Shown here: piece after piece, positions 9,947 through 19,256 of the stretch
Layout of the letters: each line of letters opens with the position of its first letter
Numbering within the stretch: the first letter of the stretch is position 1
Assembly: GCA_965219345.1 (NCBI GenBank)
Contig: OZ244732.1
Coordinates: forward strand, 1,088,001-1,152,000
DNA: 64,000 nt
Source of the DNA: Nitrosopumilus sp.
GTDB lineage: Archaea > Thermoproteota > Nitrososphaeria > Nitrososphaerales > Nitrosopumilaceae
Direction of reading: 5' to 3'
Program-made: the position numbers and the translations under genes
The notes under the pieces: model-generated
Seen by the model: the letters and a program-made list of their open reading frames with translations, nothing else
The model's database searches: none
Told to the model about the DNA's origin: nothing

Positions 9947-10232
9947 CACATTAATCATTGTTGGAATTTTCTTTTTACTTCCACTATCTATAATATCATA
10001 TCTTACTCTGTTACCAGATATGAACGATAAAGAATCGATCCATGCAGGCAATCCAAATGAGTGTTGGTATGATGATGGAAATGGAATCATGCTTCCTTGT
10101 CAGATAGAAACGGGTGAGTCTACATTTTTTGTAGTATACCTAATTATGGCCAGTCCATTTTTTATGAGTGGCTTGATTCTATTGATAATTATTCGTTATG
10201 TCGAGAAGAAAAAACATTTTGAAAAAAAATAA
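9936..10232 (+). CDS. Small two-TM protein; probable start degraded to ATA
   Basis: Frame of ORF 10020..10232 stays open upstream through a hydrophobic segment (ATA AAA ATT AAC ACA TTA ATC ATT GTT GGA...). Confidence 0.45.
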   Translation: MKINTLIIVGIFFLLPLSIISYLTLLPDMNDKESIHAGNPNECWYDDGNGIMLPCQIETGESTFFVVYLIMASPFFMSGLILLIIIRYVEKKKHFEKK

Positions 10233-10251
10233 AAACAGATTGAAAAATCTG

Positions 10252-10425
10252 TTATTCGTCTTTGATTGCACTAGTTACTTTTTCTTTTAGTTCTGGAGTA
10301 ACTTGATCAAATCCGTGAGTTTTTGCGTGCTCTGCGACTTGTTTTAGAATTTCTTCTTCTGAGTCACCATGTACGTGCCATTCACAATCGACACCTATAT
10401 CTGCACAAGCGAATTTTTTTGTCAT
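10252..10425 (-). CDS. DUF1059 family small metal-binding protein
   Basis: MTKKFACADIGVDCEWHVHGDSEEEILKQVAEHAKTHG...AIKDE* (CxDxGxxC...HAxxH pattern). Confidence 0.85.
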   Translation of the reverse strand: MTKKFACADIGVDCEWHVHGDSEEEILKQVAEHAKTHGFDQVTPELKEKVTSAIKDE

Positions 10426-10499
10426 GAAAACATTTACCTAAAAAATCTATATTAGAATATGCCCAAGTTTATACCAAGTTTAAAAAAATAAATTGATGT

Positions 10500-10667
10500 C
10501 TAGAATGCCTTGACATCTTTAATTTCATTTCCAACAACATTCATCACTCTATCGCATTCATCTAGTATGTTGAAAATTCCCATCAAAACATCTTCAATAT
10601 CTTGAAATTCACAATCTATATCCAATTTTGTATTTGGTTTTGTGATTATGATATTTTGTTTTGACAT
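10500..10667 (-). CDS. 55-aa hypothetical protein
   Basis: MSKQNIIITKPNTKLDIDCEFQDIEDVLMGIFNILDECDRV...; upstream architecture similar to the DUF1059 gene. Confidence 0.5.
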   Translation of the reverse strand: MSKQNIIITKPNTKLDIDCEFQDIEDVLMGIFNILDECDRVMNVVGNEIKDVKAF

Positions 10668-10797
10668 GTCATCTAAATGACAATATCTGATTTAATGGAA
10701 TTTCCAAGTTAATACCTAATTGATACCAAACTCATACTGTAGATGATTATAATTTGTAAAAAATAAAAAAAATCATGATGTATTATACATCAATGAT

Positions 10798-11000
10798 CTA
10801 TCCTGATCTGCCTATGTTTCCCGATTCAGAACTATTTTCATCTTCACTACAGAAATGATCTCCGCAAATGATTTTGTCAGTAGATGAACCATGGGATTTT
10901 GGGGATTGGGAACCGGACTACCTTCAGCTTTTGCTGCATCGGCGTCACCAAGTAAATCTGGTGCTAATGCAATCATTGCTACAGGTAAGATTACAATCAA
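10798..11000 (-). pseudogene. Small secreted thaumarchaeal 'ICGDxxC' protein, frameshifted
   Basis: Signal-like segment ...ADAAKAEGSP; after a 1-nt shift it reads GSQSPKSHGSSTDKIICGDHFCSE...RSG*. Confidence 0.6.
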
Positions 11001-11001
11001 T

Positions 11002-11218
11002 TCAATGTATAGCATCTTTGACTGTAATTACATCAAATGCATATTTTGCAGCATCTCTAACATGTGATTCTACACATAGGTTTACAGCCATTCCTGCAAT
11101 TACTAGTGTTTTGATATCACGTTGTCTGAGTTGGACATTAATGTCTCCGGTTGCAAAATTACTCAAACCCTTATGAGGTGATAAAACAATGGTATTTTCA
11201 TCCGGTTGTAAATCAGGA
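11002..11218 (-). pseudogene. Cysteine hydrolase/isochorismatase internal fragment
   Basis: Start-less frame PDLQPDENTIVLSPHKGLSNFATGDINVQLRQRDIKTLVIAGMAVNLCVESHVRDA...DAIH*. Confidence 0.75.
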
Positions 11219-11496
11219 TGTTGAAAGAAAGATGAAGGATAATGTGTTGATAGTTGTTGTTCTTAATGAAAAAGAAGCTAGTTCTATTGGAGTTGTAGAT
11301 ACGCCATCATTTTTCTTTCTCATAAATGGATAATAAGGAGAATGTCCTATTGGACAGACAATATTACTTATTGCACTACAATAACTCACATAACCTAATT
11401 CATTGCCATCTTGGGATCCTTGGTGAGATACTTTTTGCGCGCCTCTACAAGTAATTCTGCTTCGTTGTATGTCATGATATGCGCATAGTACGGTGA

Positions 11497-12084
11497 TCAA
11501 TAAGATTTTCTGTGGTGATTACATTTCTCTTTGCTTCGAGGTATAGTTCCTCCTTCATAGTGACAATCAATTAATGCTCTATCTCTTGCATTCTCTCCAC
11601 ATGCAAATAACAGTCTAGATAAATCATCCTCAGTTAGTAAATCCTCTCGAATTATTTTGTCTTTGACTTTTTTCATTCTAACTTGAGCAGTCTTTGGAGG
11701 ATCTCCAATTTCTGTAAACTCTCTAGAACCAAGTTTCATCCATCTAATGAAAATTTTGAGCATTTTTTTGTGGTCATAGGAGTAGTTTGATTCCTTTCCT
11801 GACTCATCTGAATATTTTTGCATAATTTCGTAAACTAGTTTTTCAATGTCATTTTTTGTAATATCTTTCCAATCTTTTTTGTATAATCGTGATAAACCTA
11901 GTAATGTTCTGAGATGTTTCTGTCTAGTTGCAATAGCAATTGATTGTCTAACCATCTCCATATTATATTGGGAAATTAATTCAATATTAGCAGGAGACAA
12001 CTCAATCCGAATCTGCCTGTTTATTCCCTTCATGATGGATTCATAATCATGAATTCCTCTCTTCTTGACAGTCTTTAGGCTCAC
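11497..12084 (-). pseudogene. Tyrosine recombinase/integrase, truncated at the first catalytic motif
   Basis: SAM-like N-domain; LLTEDDL...NARDRALIDCHYEGGTIP (Arg expected at I), then unrelated sequence; starts just downstream of the tRNA-Met 3' end. Confidence 0.8.
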
Positions 12085-12126
12085 AAATAGCAGATCTCAA
12101 GGGAGGGTATTAAACAGGATCTGTAA

Positions 12127-12241
12127 TGCCGGGGGCGAGTTTCGAACTCGCGACCTCCAGATTATGAGTATTGCCTTAGTTGGAGAACCGCTAGAGTTTA
12201 CCAAGTGAACTGGCACTCTAACCAGGCTGAGCTACCCCGGC
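12127..12241 (-). tRNA. tRNA-Met(CAT), elongator type, with 40-nt intron at position 30/31 (12170..12209)
   Basis: GCCGGGG/CCCCGGC acceptor stem; removing the intron restores CCAGA-CTCATAA-TCTGG; bulge-helix junctions GAG-TGCC-AG^T and GGCA-AT^A-CTC. Confidence 0.92.
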
Positions 12242-12295
12242 ATAGTATATGACAGAAAATTTGGGAAATTAAATGATTCTAAAATGTTTCAAAAA

Positions 12296-13960
12296 TTACT
12301 TTATGTTTTTCCAATCCACATCTTCATTTTTGCCCCAGAGGAATTTCTTTTGTAATGCAGATGTGTACAATTTTTCCCATTCTGCACCCACTTCATCAGT
12401 CCATGCCTTGACAACACGAGGATCTATGTAGTTTCTCAAAGATGTTCCAAGATTGTAATCTCTGGTCTTTTCAGATAAATCAATTTGTAACTTTAATTTC
12501 TCTACTCTTTCTTTGTGTTTCACCTTTTGTTTTTTGATTTGTTCATTTAATGTCTTAATTCTTTTGATTTTGCTCTTCTTTTGAGTGTCAGTCTTTGGTT
12601 CAGATGACTCTACTTTTTTGAGGGTTTTTTGGGTTTTCTTTGAAGGCTGGTCTTTTTCTGCCTTTTTGAGAGTGTCTCTCTTCTTTTCTAATGCCTGCTC
12701 AAATGTCTTTGGAATAGTTCTCTTATGATTACACATCTTGGCAGCTTCCAAATTTGCTAGTTTTGCATGGTATAGTTTCTCATTTGCAGTCTTTCCTTTC
12801 ATATTACCATGTTTCACAAGATAGTCTTTGACTACTGCTGTTGCTTGGTATGTTCTAAACACTTTGGCAGTTAATCCCTTTACAATTCCTGAAAAATATT
12901 TGTTCACATCTCTTGATGTAATATCGTGGAAAATCTCTGCATTTGGTTTTTTCTTTTCAATTAATTTTTCAAGATTTTCTTGAAATTGTTTATCGTCGCC
13001 AACTGCCTTTAGGGTCTCTTGCCATCTGACACTATCTTTTCCCAAAAAGTCAAACTCTATTGCATCTGCAGTAATCTTGATGTGTTCTTTTCTTAGGGTT
13101 GTAGCACCTACAGTATCAGCTTCTTCAGGATCCTTTTCGTCTCCAACCCTCATTGCAGTTCTATAAATCAAATAACATACTGTGGCAACATTACTCTTTT
13201 TAGGATCTTTCATATCTTTGACCATTGCTTTTTTGATTTTTTCAATCTCTTTTTCAAGTTTGACTGCTTTTTCATATTTTTCCTTGTCTCTACTCTGCTT
13301 TATTCCAGCCGTATCTGCAAGCCAGACATACTTTCTTTTCTGTGTAAGAAAGTCCATCCATCTAGCTAGCCACATTGAATTTTTATCATGAATAATCTTG
13401 CCCCATTCTCCTTCGGGTACTTTTGCTTCTTTTCCAAGGTTTAATGTAACATCTTTTGCAGTAATTCGAGGTTTCCATTTTCCTCTAATTGGATGCTCTC
13501 CTCTTCCAATAAAGATCCCTGGTGGTTCTGCCATGTAATTTCCAACTTCAACTTCCTTTCCGTCCATGATGGCAATTCCGTATTTTGATTTGAGTTTCTC
13601 TCGAAGTTCTTTTCTTTCTGCAGCAAGGGATTTCTTTTCCTCTTTTGTCATCATCTCTTTGCGATTTTTTTCCTTGTCGACTATTTTGTAAGCATTTGAA
13701 AAGTCAATGTCTTCATAAGAAATTTTTTTAAATTTTGAATTCAGAGTTTTGGCAAAATCTGTGGTAAAGTTTTTTTGAAAAACTTTGTCTTGAGCATATG
13801 GGGTATCTTTCTTTTTTGCCCACTGATAAATCATTTCTTCTTGGTTTAGATCAAGATCAATACTTTCCCCTTTGATCTTTATCTTGATCCCTTGAGCCTC
13901 ATAGGCAGGTGGAAACAAGATTCCATTGTGTTGTAGAGTTTTCCATTTCATTTCATTCAC
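12296..13960 (-). CDS. DNA topoisomerase IB (thaumarchaeal, eukaryote-like)
   Basis: KWKTLQHNG, EPPGIFIGRGEHP, RVGDEK, FLGKDS, KVFRT, CNHKR, TSLRNYIDP. Confidence 0.96.
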   Translation of the reverse strand: MNEMKWKTLQHNGILFPPAYEAQGIKIKIKGESIDLDLNQEEMIYQWAKKKDTPYAQDKVFQKNFTTDFAKTLNSKFKKISYEDIDFSNAYKIVDKEKNRKEMMTKEEKKSLAAERKELREKLKSKYGIAIMDGKEVEVGNYMAEPPGIFIGRGEHPIRGKWKPRITAKDVTLNLGKEAKVPEGEWGKIIHDKNSMWLARWMDFLTQKRKYVWLADTAGIKQSRDKEKYEKAVKLEKEIEKIKKAMVKDMKDPKKSNVATVCYLIYRTAMRVGDEKDPEEADTVGATTLRKEHIKITADAIEFDFLGKDSVRWQETLKAVGDDKQFQENLEKLIEKKKPNAEIFHDITSRDVNKYFSGIVKGLTAKVFRTYQATAVVKDYLVKHGNMKGKTANEKLYHAKLANLEAAKMCNHKRTIPKTFEQALEKKRDTLKKAEKDQPSKKTQKTLKKVESSEPKTDTQKKSKIKRIKTLNEQIKKQKVKHKERVEKLKLQIDLSEKTRDYNLGTSLRNYIDPRVVKAWTDEVGAEWEKLYTSALQKKFLWGKNEDVDWKNIK

Positions 13961-14030
13961 CTTAAAATTGCGGACTTTGACAAAAACTGCATTCTATGTG
14001 TATATCAATTTAACGTACAAATGTAATGTA

Positions 14031-14858
14031 TCAGGGAAATAGCTCTTTACTCATATATTTCTCAAATTCTAGGTCTGTTTTCATCTTTTTTGCTTCCAGA
14101 AACATGGCAGCATCGGTACCTACAATATATCGTGGTAAAATCTCACCGTCATGAATTGCCTTTATGATTACATCGGCAACTTGAGATGGGGCAGTTCCCA
14201 TTTCTACCATCATTTTAAGACCTGCAAGAATGTTATTGGTTAATGTCTTGTATTTAGGATCAATTTTTGATTCTGGAATCTTCATTGAACTGAAAAAGTT
14301 TGTCTTGATAACTCCAGGTTCAATTAAAGTAGTTTTAATTCCAAATTGACCAAGCTCGTATCTAAGACATTCACTTAATCCTTCTAGTGCAAACTTTGTA
14401 CTGATATAAGCTGGAGAACCAGGTAACCCCATTCTGCCAACAACAGAACTAATGTTTACAATAATTCCAGAATTCTGTTTTCTCATTATTGGGGATACTT
14501 CTTGAATAATTCTTACGATACTAAAGAAATTAGTTTCAAACTGTTTTCTAAAATCATCAACTGACACATCTTCAGTGCATCCAAATTGTCCATACCCCGC
14601 ATTGTTTACTAAAACGTCCAATCTTCTACCATCTGTAACTACTTTCTTAACTGCAGAAACTATTGATTCTTCTTTATCTACATCCAACTCTATTACATCG
14701 ATTGAGAGATTTTCTTTTTTTGCCGCATGTTCTAACTCTCCTGCCTTTCCAGTATCTCTCATACTTGCAAAAGTGCGGTAACCGTCTCTTGCAAGTGCCA
14801 ATGTAGTTTCTAATCCAATCCCTGATGAACTACCTGTGACAAGAGCTACTTTTTCCAT
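14031..14858 (-). CDS. Short-chain dehydrogenase/reductase
   Basis: TGSSSGIG, NNAG, YISTK. Confidence 0.93.
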   Translation of the reverse strand: MEKVALVTGSSSGIGLETTLALARDGYRTFASMRDTGKAGELEHAAKKENLSIDVIELDVDKEESIVSAVKKVVTDGRRLDVLVNNAGYGQFGCTEDVSVDDFRKQFETNFFSIVRIIQEVSPIMRKQNSGIIVNISSVVGRMGLPGSPAYISTKFALEGLSECLRYELGQFGIKTTLIEPGVIKTNFFSSMKIPESKIDPKYKTLTNNILAGLKMMVEMGTAPSQVADVIIKAIHDGEILPRYIVGTDAAMFLEAKKMKTDLEFEKYMSKELFP

Positions 14859-14900
14859 ATTTGTGCTGGATTTTTGCCATATTTATCCCATTTTGATTTG

Positions 14901-17411
14901 TTATACTAATGGTTTATCTCCTTCAGTAGGATCAATTAATTCTGTTTTCTCACCATTACTGATTCTCTCTAGAATCTCTGATGCAGAATATTTGTGCAAG
15001 TATTCGTTATTGTTTCCACATCTGTATGAGAATGTACATCTAGGACATCCAGATTCATTTTCACATGGACATTCCTTTACGATATGCATACTTCTTTCAA
15101 GGGCTTTTTCAAATCTATCATACAGTGCTTTACTGGCACCGCTTCCTCCTATTGCCCCATCATAGATAAAAATCAAGCCTGAAGTACCTAGAGATATGCC
15201 TCCCAAGTCTTGTGATACTCCTCCAGTAATCATATTGCTTCCTTCAATGACAACATGCTCTGTTGCATGGTATCCACTGGCTTCAGTATATTCTTCATCT
15301 TCTGCTTTCTCAATAATTTTGAGAGGTCTTGGAGCATGGAAAACAATTCCCTTGGTAACAAAATCATACTCTAGTGGAGTATCTAGTAGTACTTTTTTTC
15401 CTTGAGTAATCTCTTGCCCTAGTTCTATGTTGACATAACCATAAACTTTCTTTTGAATATGTAGTTTACAAAATGCTACTTCTACACCGTTTGCTTTTCT
15501 TCTCTCAAAAACATTCTCAATTGTTGGCCACTCTTCTGTAAGTGATTTTGTATAATATGGATAATCTCTTGGAATTCTTTTTAGTTTAGCATAATTTTTT
15601 TTGGGATAATCAAATTCTTTAACCTTGTAACGAATTCCTGCCAAAAAATAGATTGCATCTTTATGCAATTTCTCTAATGCAATTGGTAATATTCTATCTC
15701 CTACCTTTTTTTCATTTAAGAAAATATTAATTGATTTTCCAATTCCCCTAATACTATAATCATTTAACATAGAATTGATTTTATCGAAATTTGGAATAAT
15801 TCTATTATTGAATTCCTTGAGATTCTCTTTGATTATGTGATGCTCAATTATCTCCTGATGCTCTTTTAGTTCATGTTTTGAAATTGATCTATCACATGCC
15901 ATTGCCAAAACCTGAAATTCTTCTACAAACGGATTCTTGGGATCGATGTATGTTTTTTCAATATCCTCAAAATAATCATCAGGATGATTCTTGTAATATT
16001 GAGAAATAGGATCATTTCCTAATGCCAAAAATGCATATCCTCTTTGGCCTTTTCTTGCTGCTCTTCCAATTCTCTGAATTAGTCTGTTTATTGGGATAGT
16101 AGATGATATAACACAATCTACATTGCCTACGTCTATGCCTAATTCAAGCGTAGGAGTACATGAAATTGCCTGTAACTTGTCTTCTTTGAATTGTCTTTCT
16201 ACTGATGTTCTGTAGTTTGCCATCAACCCTGCCCTGTGAACTTTAATGTCAACTTTTTGTTTTTTTGCTTGAATTGCTAAAAGTTCAGAGTTTAGATGTG
16301 AATTGTTAAACACCATAGTTTTATGGTTTTTTTCAGTCAATTTCTTTGTCAGCTCTACCATTAGTACTCTCTGTGTTCGAAGTGATGGAAACAACATTGC
16401 AAAATCTGTCTGACCCTTTTTTCCAGGACCATGAATGATTTGCATTTTTTCTCCAAATAACTGTTGACAGAATTCTTTTGCATCATCAAGTGTAGCTGAT
16501 ACTGCAACAAACTGTAACTTGTTAGTACAAATCTTCTTGAGTCGTTTTATGATATAGTGAACATTTGATCCAAAAATTCCTGAATAGACATGTGCTTCAT
16601 CTACCACTAGAATTTTTGTTGAAGTCAATATGGATGAAAACTTTGTCTGATGCCAAAGATGATAGTGTATAATATCAAAATTTGTAATTAGAATTTGGGG
16701 TGGATTTTCAATAATTTCTCTTCTTTCTTTTATCTTTGTGTCTACATCAAAAATTTTGACATTGATTCCAATCTTTTCTGAAAATTTTTGAATTTTTGGA
16801 TATTGATCTCTTGATAATGCTTTTGTTGGATATACAAAAATTGCAAAGACATTTCCATCACTTGAATCTTTTTTAATTTTTTGAATTACTGGAATTAAAA
16901 ATGCTTCAGTTTTCCCTGATGCTGTAGGTGCTTCAATTACAACATTTTCTCCAAATGTAATTTCTTGAATTGACTCTTCTTGAAATTGATAAAACTGCTT
17001 TGTCTCTAATTCCTTAAGATGATCAGAAATAGATTCCTCTAATCCCAAGTCTTCAACTTTACAGCCCATTTTAGGCTCAGTATTCTTCAAAACCTTGTAT
17101 TGTGAAACATAGTCTTTTTTTGAAAATAGTATTTCCTCAGTGATTTTGTCTGGCTTGTTTTTTCCAATCATTTCTTTGATTTCATTTTTCCCTCTAACGA
17201 TTCCTTCATCCTTTAGACCTTCTGAAAGCCCTTTTTCTGTGACTAATCCCTTGTCAAATCTTGAAAGAAATTCAAGGAATACCTCATCAACATTTTTTGA
17301 AAATTCTAATAGATCTTCAATACCACATTTTGCGCAAGATACGTGCATTTTTTTGTTGAATGTTTTTTGAATCTCTATTTTTGACTTACATTTTGGACAT
17401 GAGAATTTCAA
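14901..17411 (-). CDS. DEAD/DEAH helicase with C-terminal DUF1998 Zn-binding domain (Hrq1/MrfA-like)
   Basis: APTASGKT, DEAH, SAT, QRIGRAAR, CPCENESGCPRC. Confidence 0.92.
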   Translation of the reverse strand: MKFSCPKCKSKIEIQKTFNKKMHVSCAKCGIEDLLEFSKNVDEVFLEFLSRFDKGLVTEKGLSEGLKDEGIVRGKNEIKEMIGKNKPDKITEEILFSKKDYVSQYKVLKNTEPKMGCKVEDLGLEESISDHLKELETKQFYQFQEESIQEITFGENVVIEAPTASGKTEAFLIPVIQKIKKDSSDGNVFAIFVYPTKALSRDQYPKIQKFSEKIGINVKIFDVDTKIKERREIIENPPQILITNFDIIHYHLWHQTKFSSILTSTKILVVDEAHVYSGIFGSNVHYIIKRLKKICTNKLQFVAVSATLDDAKEFCQQLFGEKMQIIHGPGKKGQTDFAMLFPSLRTQRVLMVELTKKLTEKNHKTMVFNNSHLNSELLAIQAKKQKVDIKVHRAGLMANYRTSVERQFKEDKLQAISCTPTLELGIDVGNVDCVISSTIPINRLIQRIGRAARKGQRGYAFLALGNDPISQYYKNHPDDYFEDIEKTYIDPKNPFVEEFQVLAMACDRSISKHELKEHQEIIEHHIIKENLKEFNNRIIPNFDKINSMLNDYSIRGIGKSINIFLNEKKVGDRILPIALEKLHKDAIYFLAGIRYKVKEFDYPKKNYAKLKRIPRDYPYYTKSLTEEWPTIENVFERRKANGVEVAFCKLHIQKKVYGYVNIELGQEITQGKKVLLDTPLEYDFVTKGIVFHAPRPLKIIEKAEDEEYTEASGYHATEHVVIEGSNMITGGVSQDLGGISLGTSGLIFIYDGAIGGSGASKALYDRFEKALERSMHIVKECPCENESGCPRCTFSYRCGNNNEYLHKYSASEILERISNGEKTELIDPTEGDKPLV

Positions 17412-17525
17412 GATCTATTTGATAAGAAATGATTAGTGATTTATTATTAATCAATATATCTTACTCATGATTAAAATATTCCTGAAATGAAAATACTATT
17501 ATCATAATATCTTTTCATTATTCAT

Positions 17526-19232
17526 ATGTCCCTGAATGCAGATTTCCCCCTAATCAAAAAAACTAGAAAAATTTTTGAAAAAAGTAAATTTAATTTTGTT
17601 ACTGAAAGAGTTCATTTCTGGATAGAAGGCGATGATGAAGAGATCACTGAAGCAGATGTGTGTATAATTCATGAAAATCAAATGTATTTAGTAGAATGTA
17701 AAAGTGGAAAAATAAAAGGTAGAAATGACGAATTACGAAGAAAAAAAGATCTAATTTCTGCTATAAAATCAAAGTCTATTCAAAAAGTCGTAAATGATAG
17801 CACCCCGAAACTTTTACTAAATAGATTAGATGAAATTGACGATGTATATCTTTGTTATTATCTTGGAGATGACTCTGTTTACAAAAATAACAAAGCCTCA
17901 TTAGAGAAAAAAAATATTTTAGTTTGGAACAATGATGCAGTAACATATTTTGATATAGTCTCTGAAAGCTTGGAAAGTTTAACACGTAAAGAAATCATCT
18001 ATAGGGAATTTGAAATCAAAGATAAAAATAGTAAATCACAAAGTATTCCTGCAATAAAATTCAAACAGGGAAATTTAATTTTACATTTGTTCACACTAGA
18101 TGTTGAGACACTCTTAAAAATTGCATATGTTTCTAGAAGAGGTTCAAAAAGAGATGAGTCCTATCAAAGAATAATCAATTCAGACAGATTAGACTCTATT
18201 ACTCGTTTCATTACTGAATCAAAAAATCTCATTATGACTAATCCTATTATTTTGGCATTTGATTCTGATGTTTATGGAAAAGTAAAATACAATAATCCTG
18301 GAGAGATGGATTTTAAGAGTATTGCTTGCTCTGCATGGATAATTGATGGTCAACATAGAATTTTTGCATTTCGAGATATTGATCTAGGTTCAAAAAGATA
18401 CAAAAAATATAATATCAAAATTCCAATAGTTGCATTAGAAAAATCTAATGCAGAAATCCAAAGTGAAACCTTTGTTAACATAAATTATTATCAAAAGAAA
18501 ATTGAATCTCTGCTTATTTATGATCTTGCTGCAGATTTCAAATATCCTAGAAATGAATTAGTGTGGCCCAGTTTATTGACAATGAAATTAAATGAAAATG
18601 GTACACTTAGCGGCTTAATCAAAACTAAAGAACTTGAAAAGAGAGAAAAAGATGAACGGAAAAAGCCTTTACAATCTACCAATTTTGTTAGAACCATTTT
18701 GGATGAATTACTTGGTTATAATTCAAAATCTGATGAGTATGATGGACCACTTTACACATTATCCAAATTCAGTAAAAATTCCAAAGTTTCAACAAAGCAA
18801 AACAAAAATGCCTTTAACATTCATTTATCAATCTTGCAATCGTATTTTGATGCAGTTATGTCTTTTACTGAAAAACTTGGAAAAGATTGGAGAGATATAG
18901 CAGAAAAGCGTGGATTTTTAACATCTTCTGCAATCAAGGCATTTTTGTTAGTTTTAGTAACCATTTTAAGAGTAGAAAGAAAAAAAACAATAGATTTCAA
19001 AGAAATTCTAAAACCTCTTGCAACTACTGATTTTACAGTAGGTCAATATGCAACATACAGAGCTGGATATCCTGCAATTAATGGATATACAAAAGATCTG
19101 CTGAAAAAAATTAGCTCTCACTCTAGCAAAAAATACGAATACATTTCAATTAGTCAAATCCGAAAAAAATTAGAGAAAGAAAAAACATCTCAAGTAAAAT
19201 CCAAAAAATCTAAAGCAAAAAGAAAACAATAA
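17526..19232 (+). CDS. PD-(D/E)XK nuclease-DGQHR (DndB/ParB-like) fusion protein
   Basis: N-terminal EADVCII...LVECKSG; YQR, NPII, IIDGQHR, FVNINYYQKK motifs. Confidence 0.85.
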   Translation: MSLNADFPLIKKTRKIFEKSKFNFVTERVHFWIEGDDEEITEADVCIIHENQMYLVECKSGKIKGRNDELRRKKDLISAIKSKSIQKVVNDSTPKLLLNRLDEIDDVYLCYYLGDDSVYKNNKASLEKKNILVWNNDAVTYFDIVSESLESLTRKEIIYREFEIKDKNSKSQSIPAIKFKQGNLILHLFTLDVETLLKIAYVSRRGSKRDESYQRIINSDRLDSITRFITESKNLIMTNPIILAFDSDVYGKVKYNNPGEMDFKSIACSAWIIDGQHRIFAFRDIDLGSKRYKKYNIKIPIVALEKSNAEIQSETFVNINYYQKKIESLLIYDLAADFKYPRNELVWPSLLTMKLNENGTLSGLIKTKELEKREKDERKKPLQSTNFVRTILDELLGYNSKSDEYDGPLYTLSKFSKNSKVSTKQNKNAFNIHLSILQSYFDAVMSFTEKLGKDWRDIAEKRGFLTSSAIKAFLLVLVTILRVERKKTIDFKEILKPLATTDFTVGQYATYRAGYPAINGYTKDLLKKISSHSSKKYEYISISQIRKKLEKEKTSQVKSKKSKAKRKQ

Positions 19233-19256
19233 ATGTTTTATCAATTTCTGAATTCA

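Noticed and set aside
12296-13960. Eukaryote-like topoisomerase IB as a novelty
   Set aside because: Established feature of Thaumarchaeota
14901-17411. DUF1998 helicase as part of a DISARM/Dpd-type system with the DGQHR gene
   Set aside because: Looks like the housekeeping Hrq1-like helicase, is divergent from the block, and lacks DrmA/DpdA-type partners; adjacency is probably just the insertion site, though not excluded
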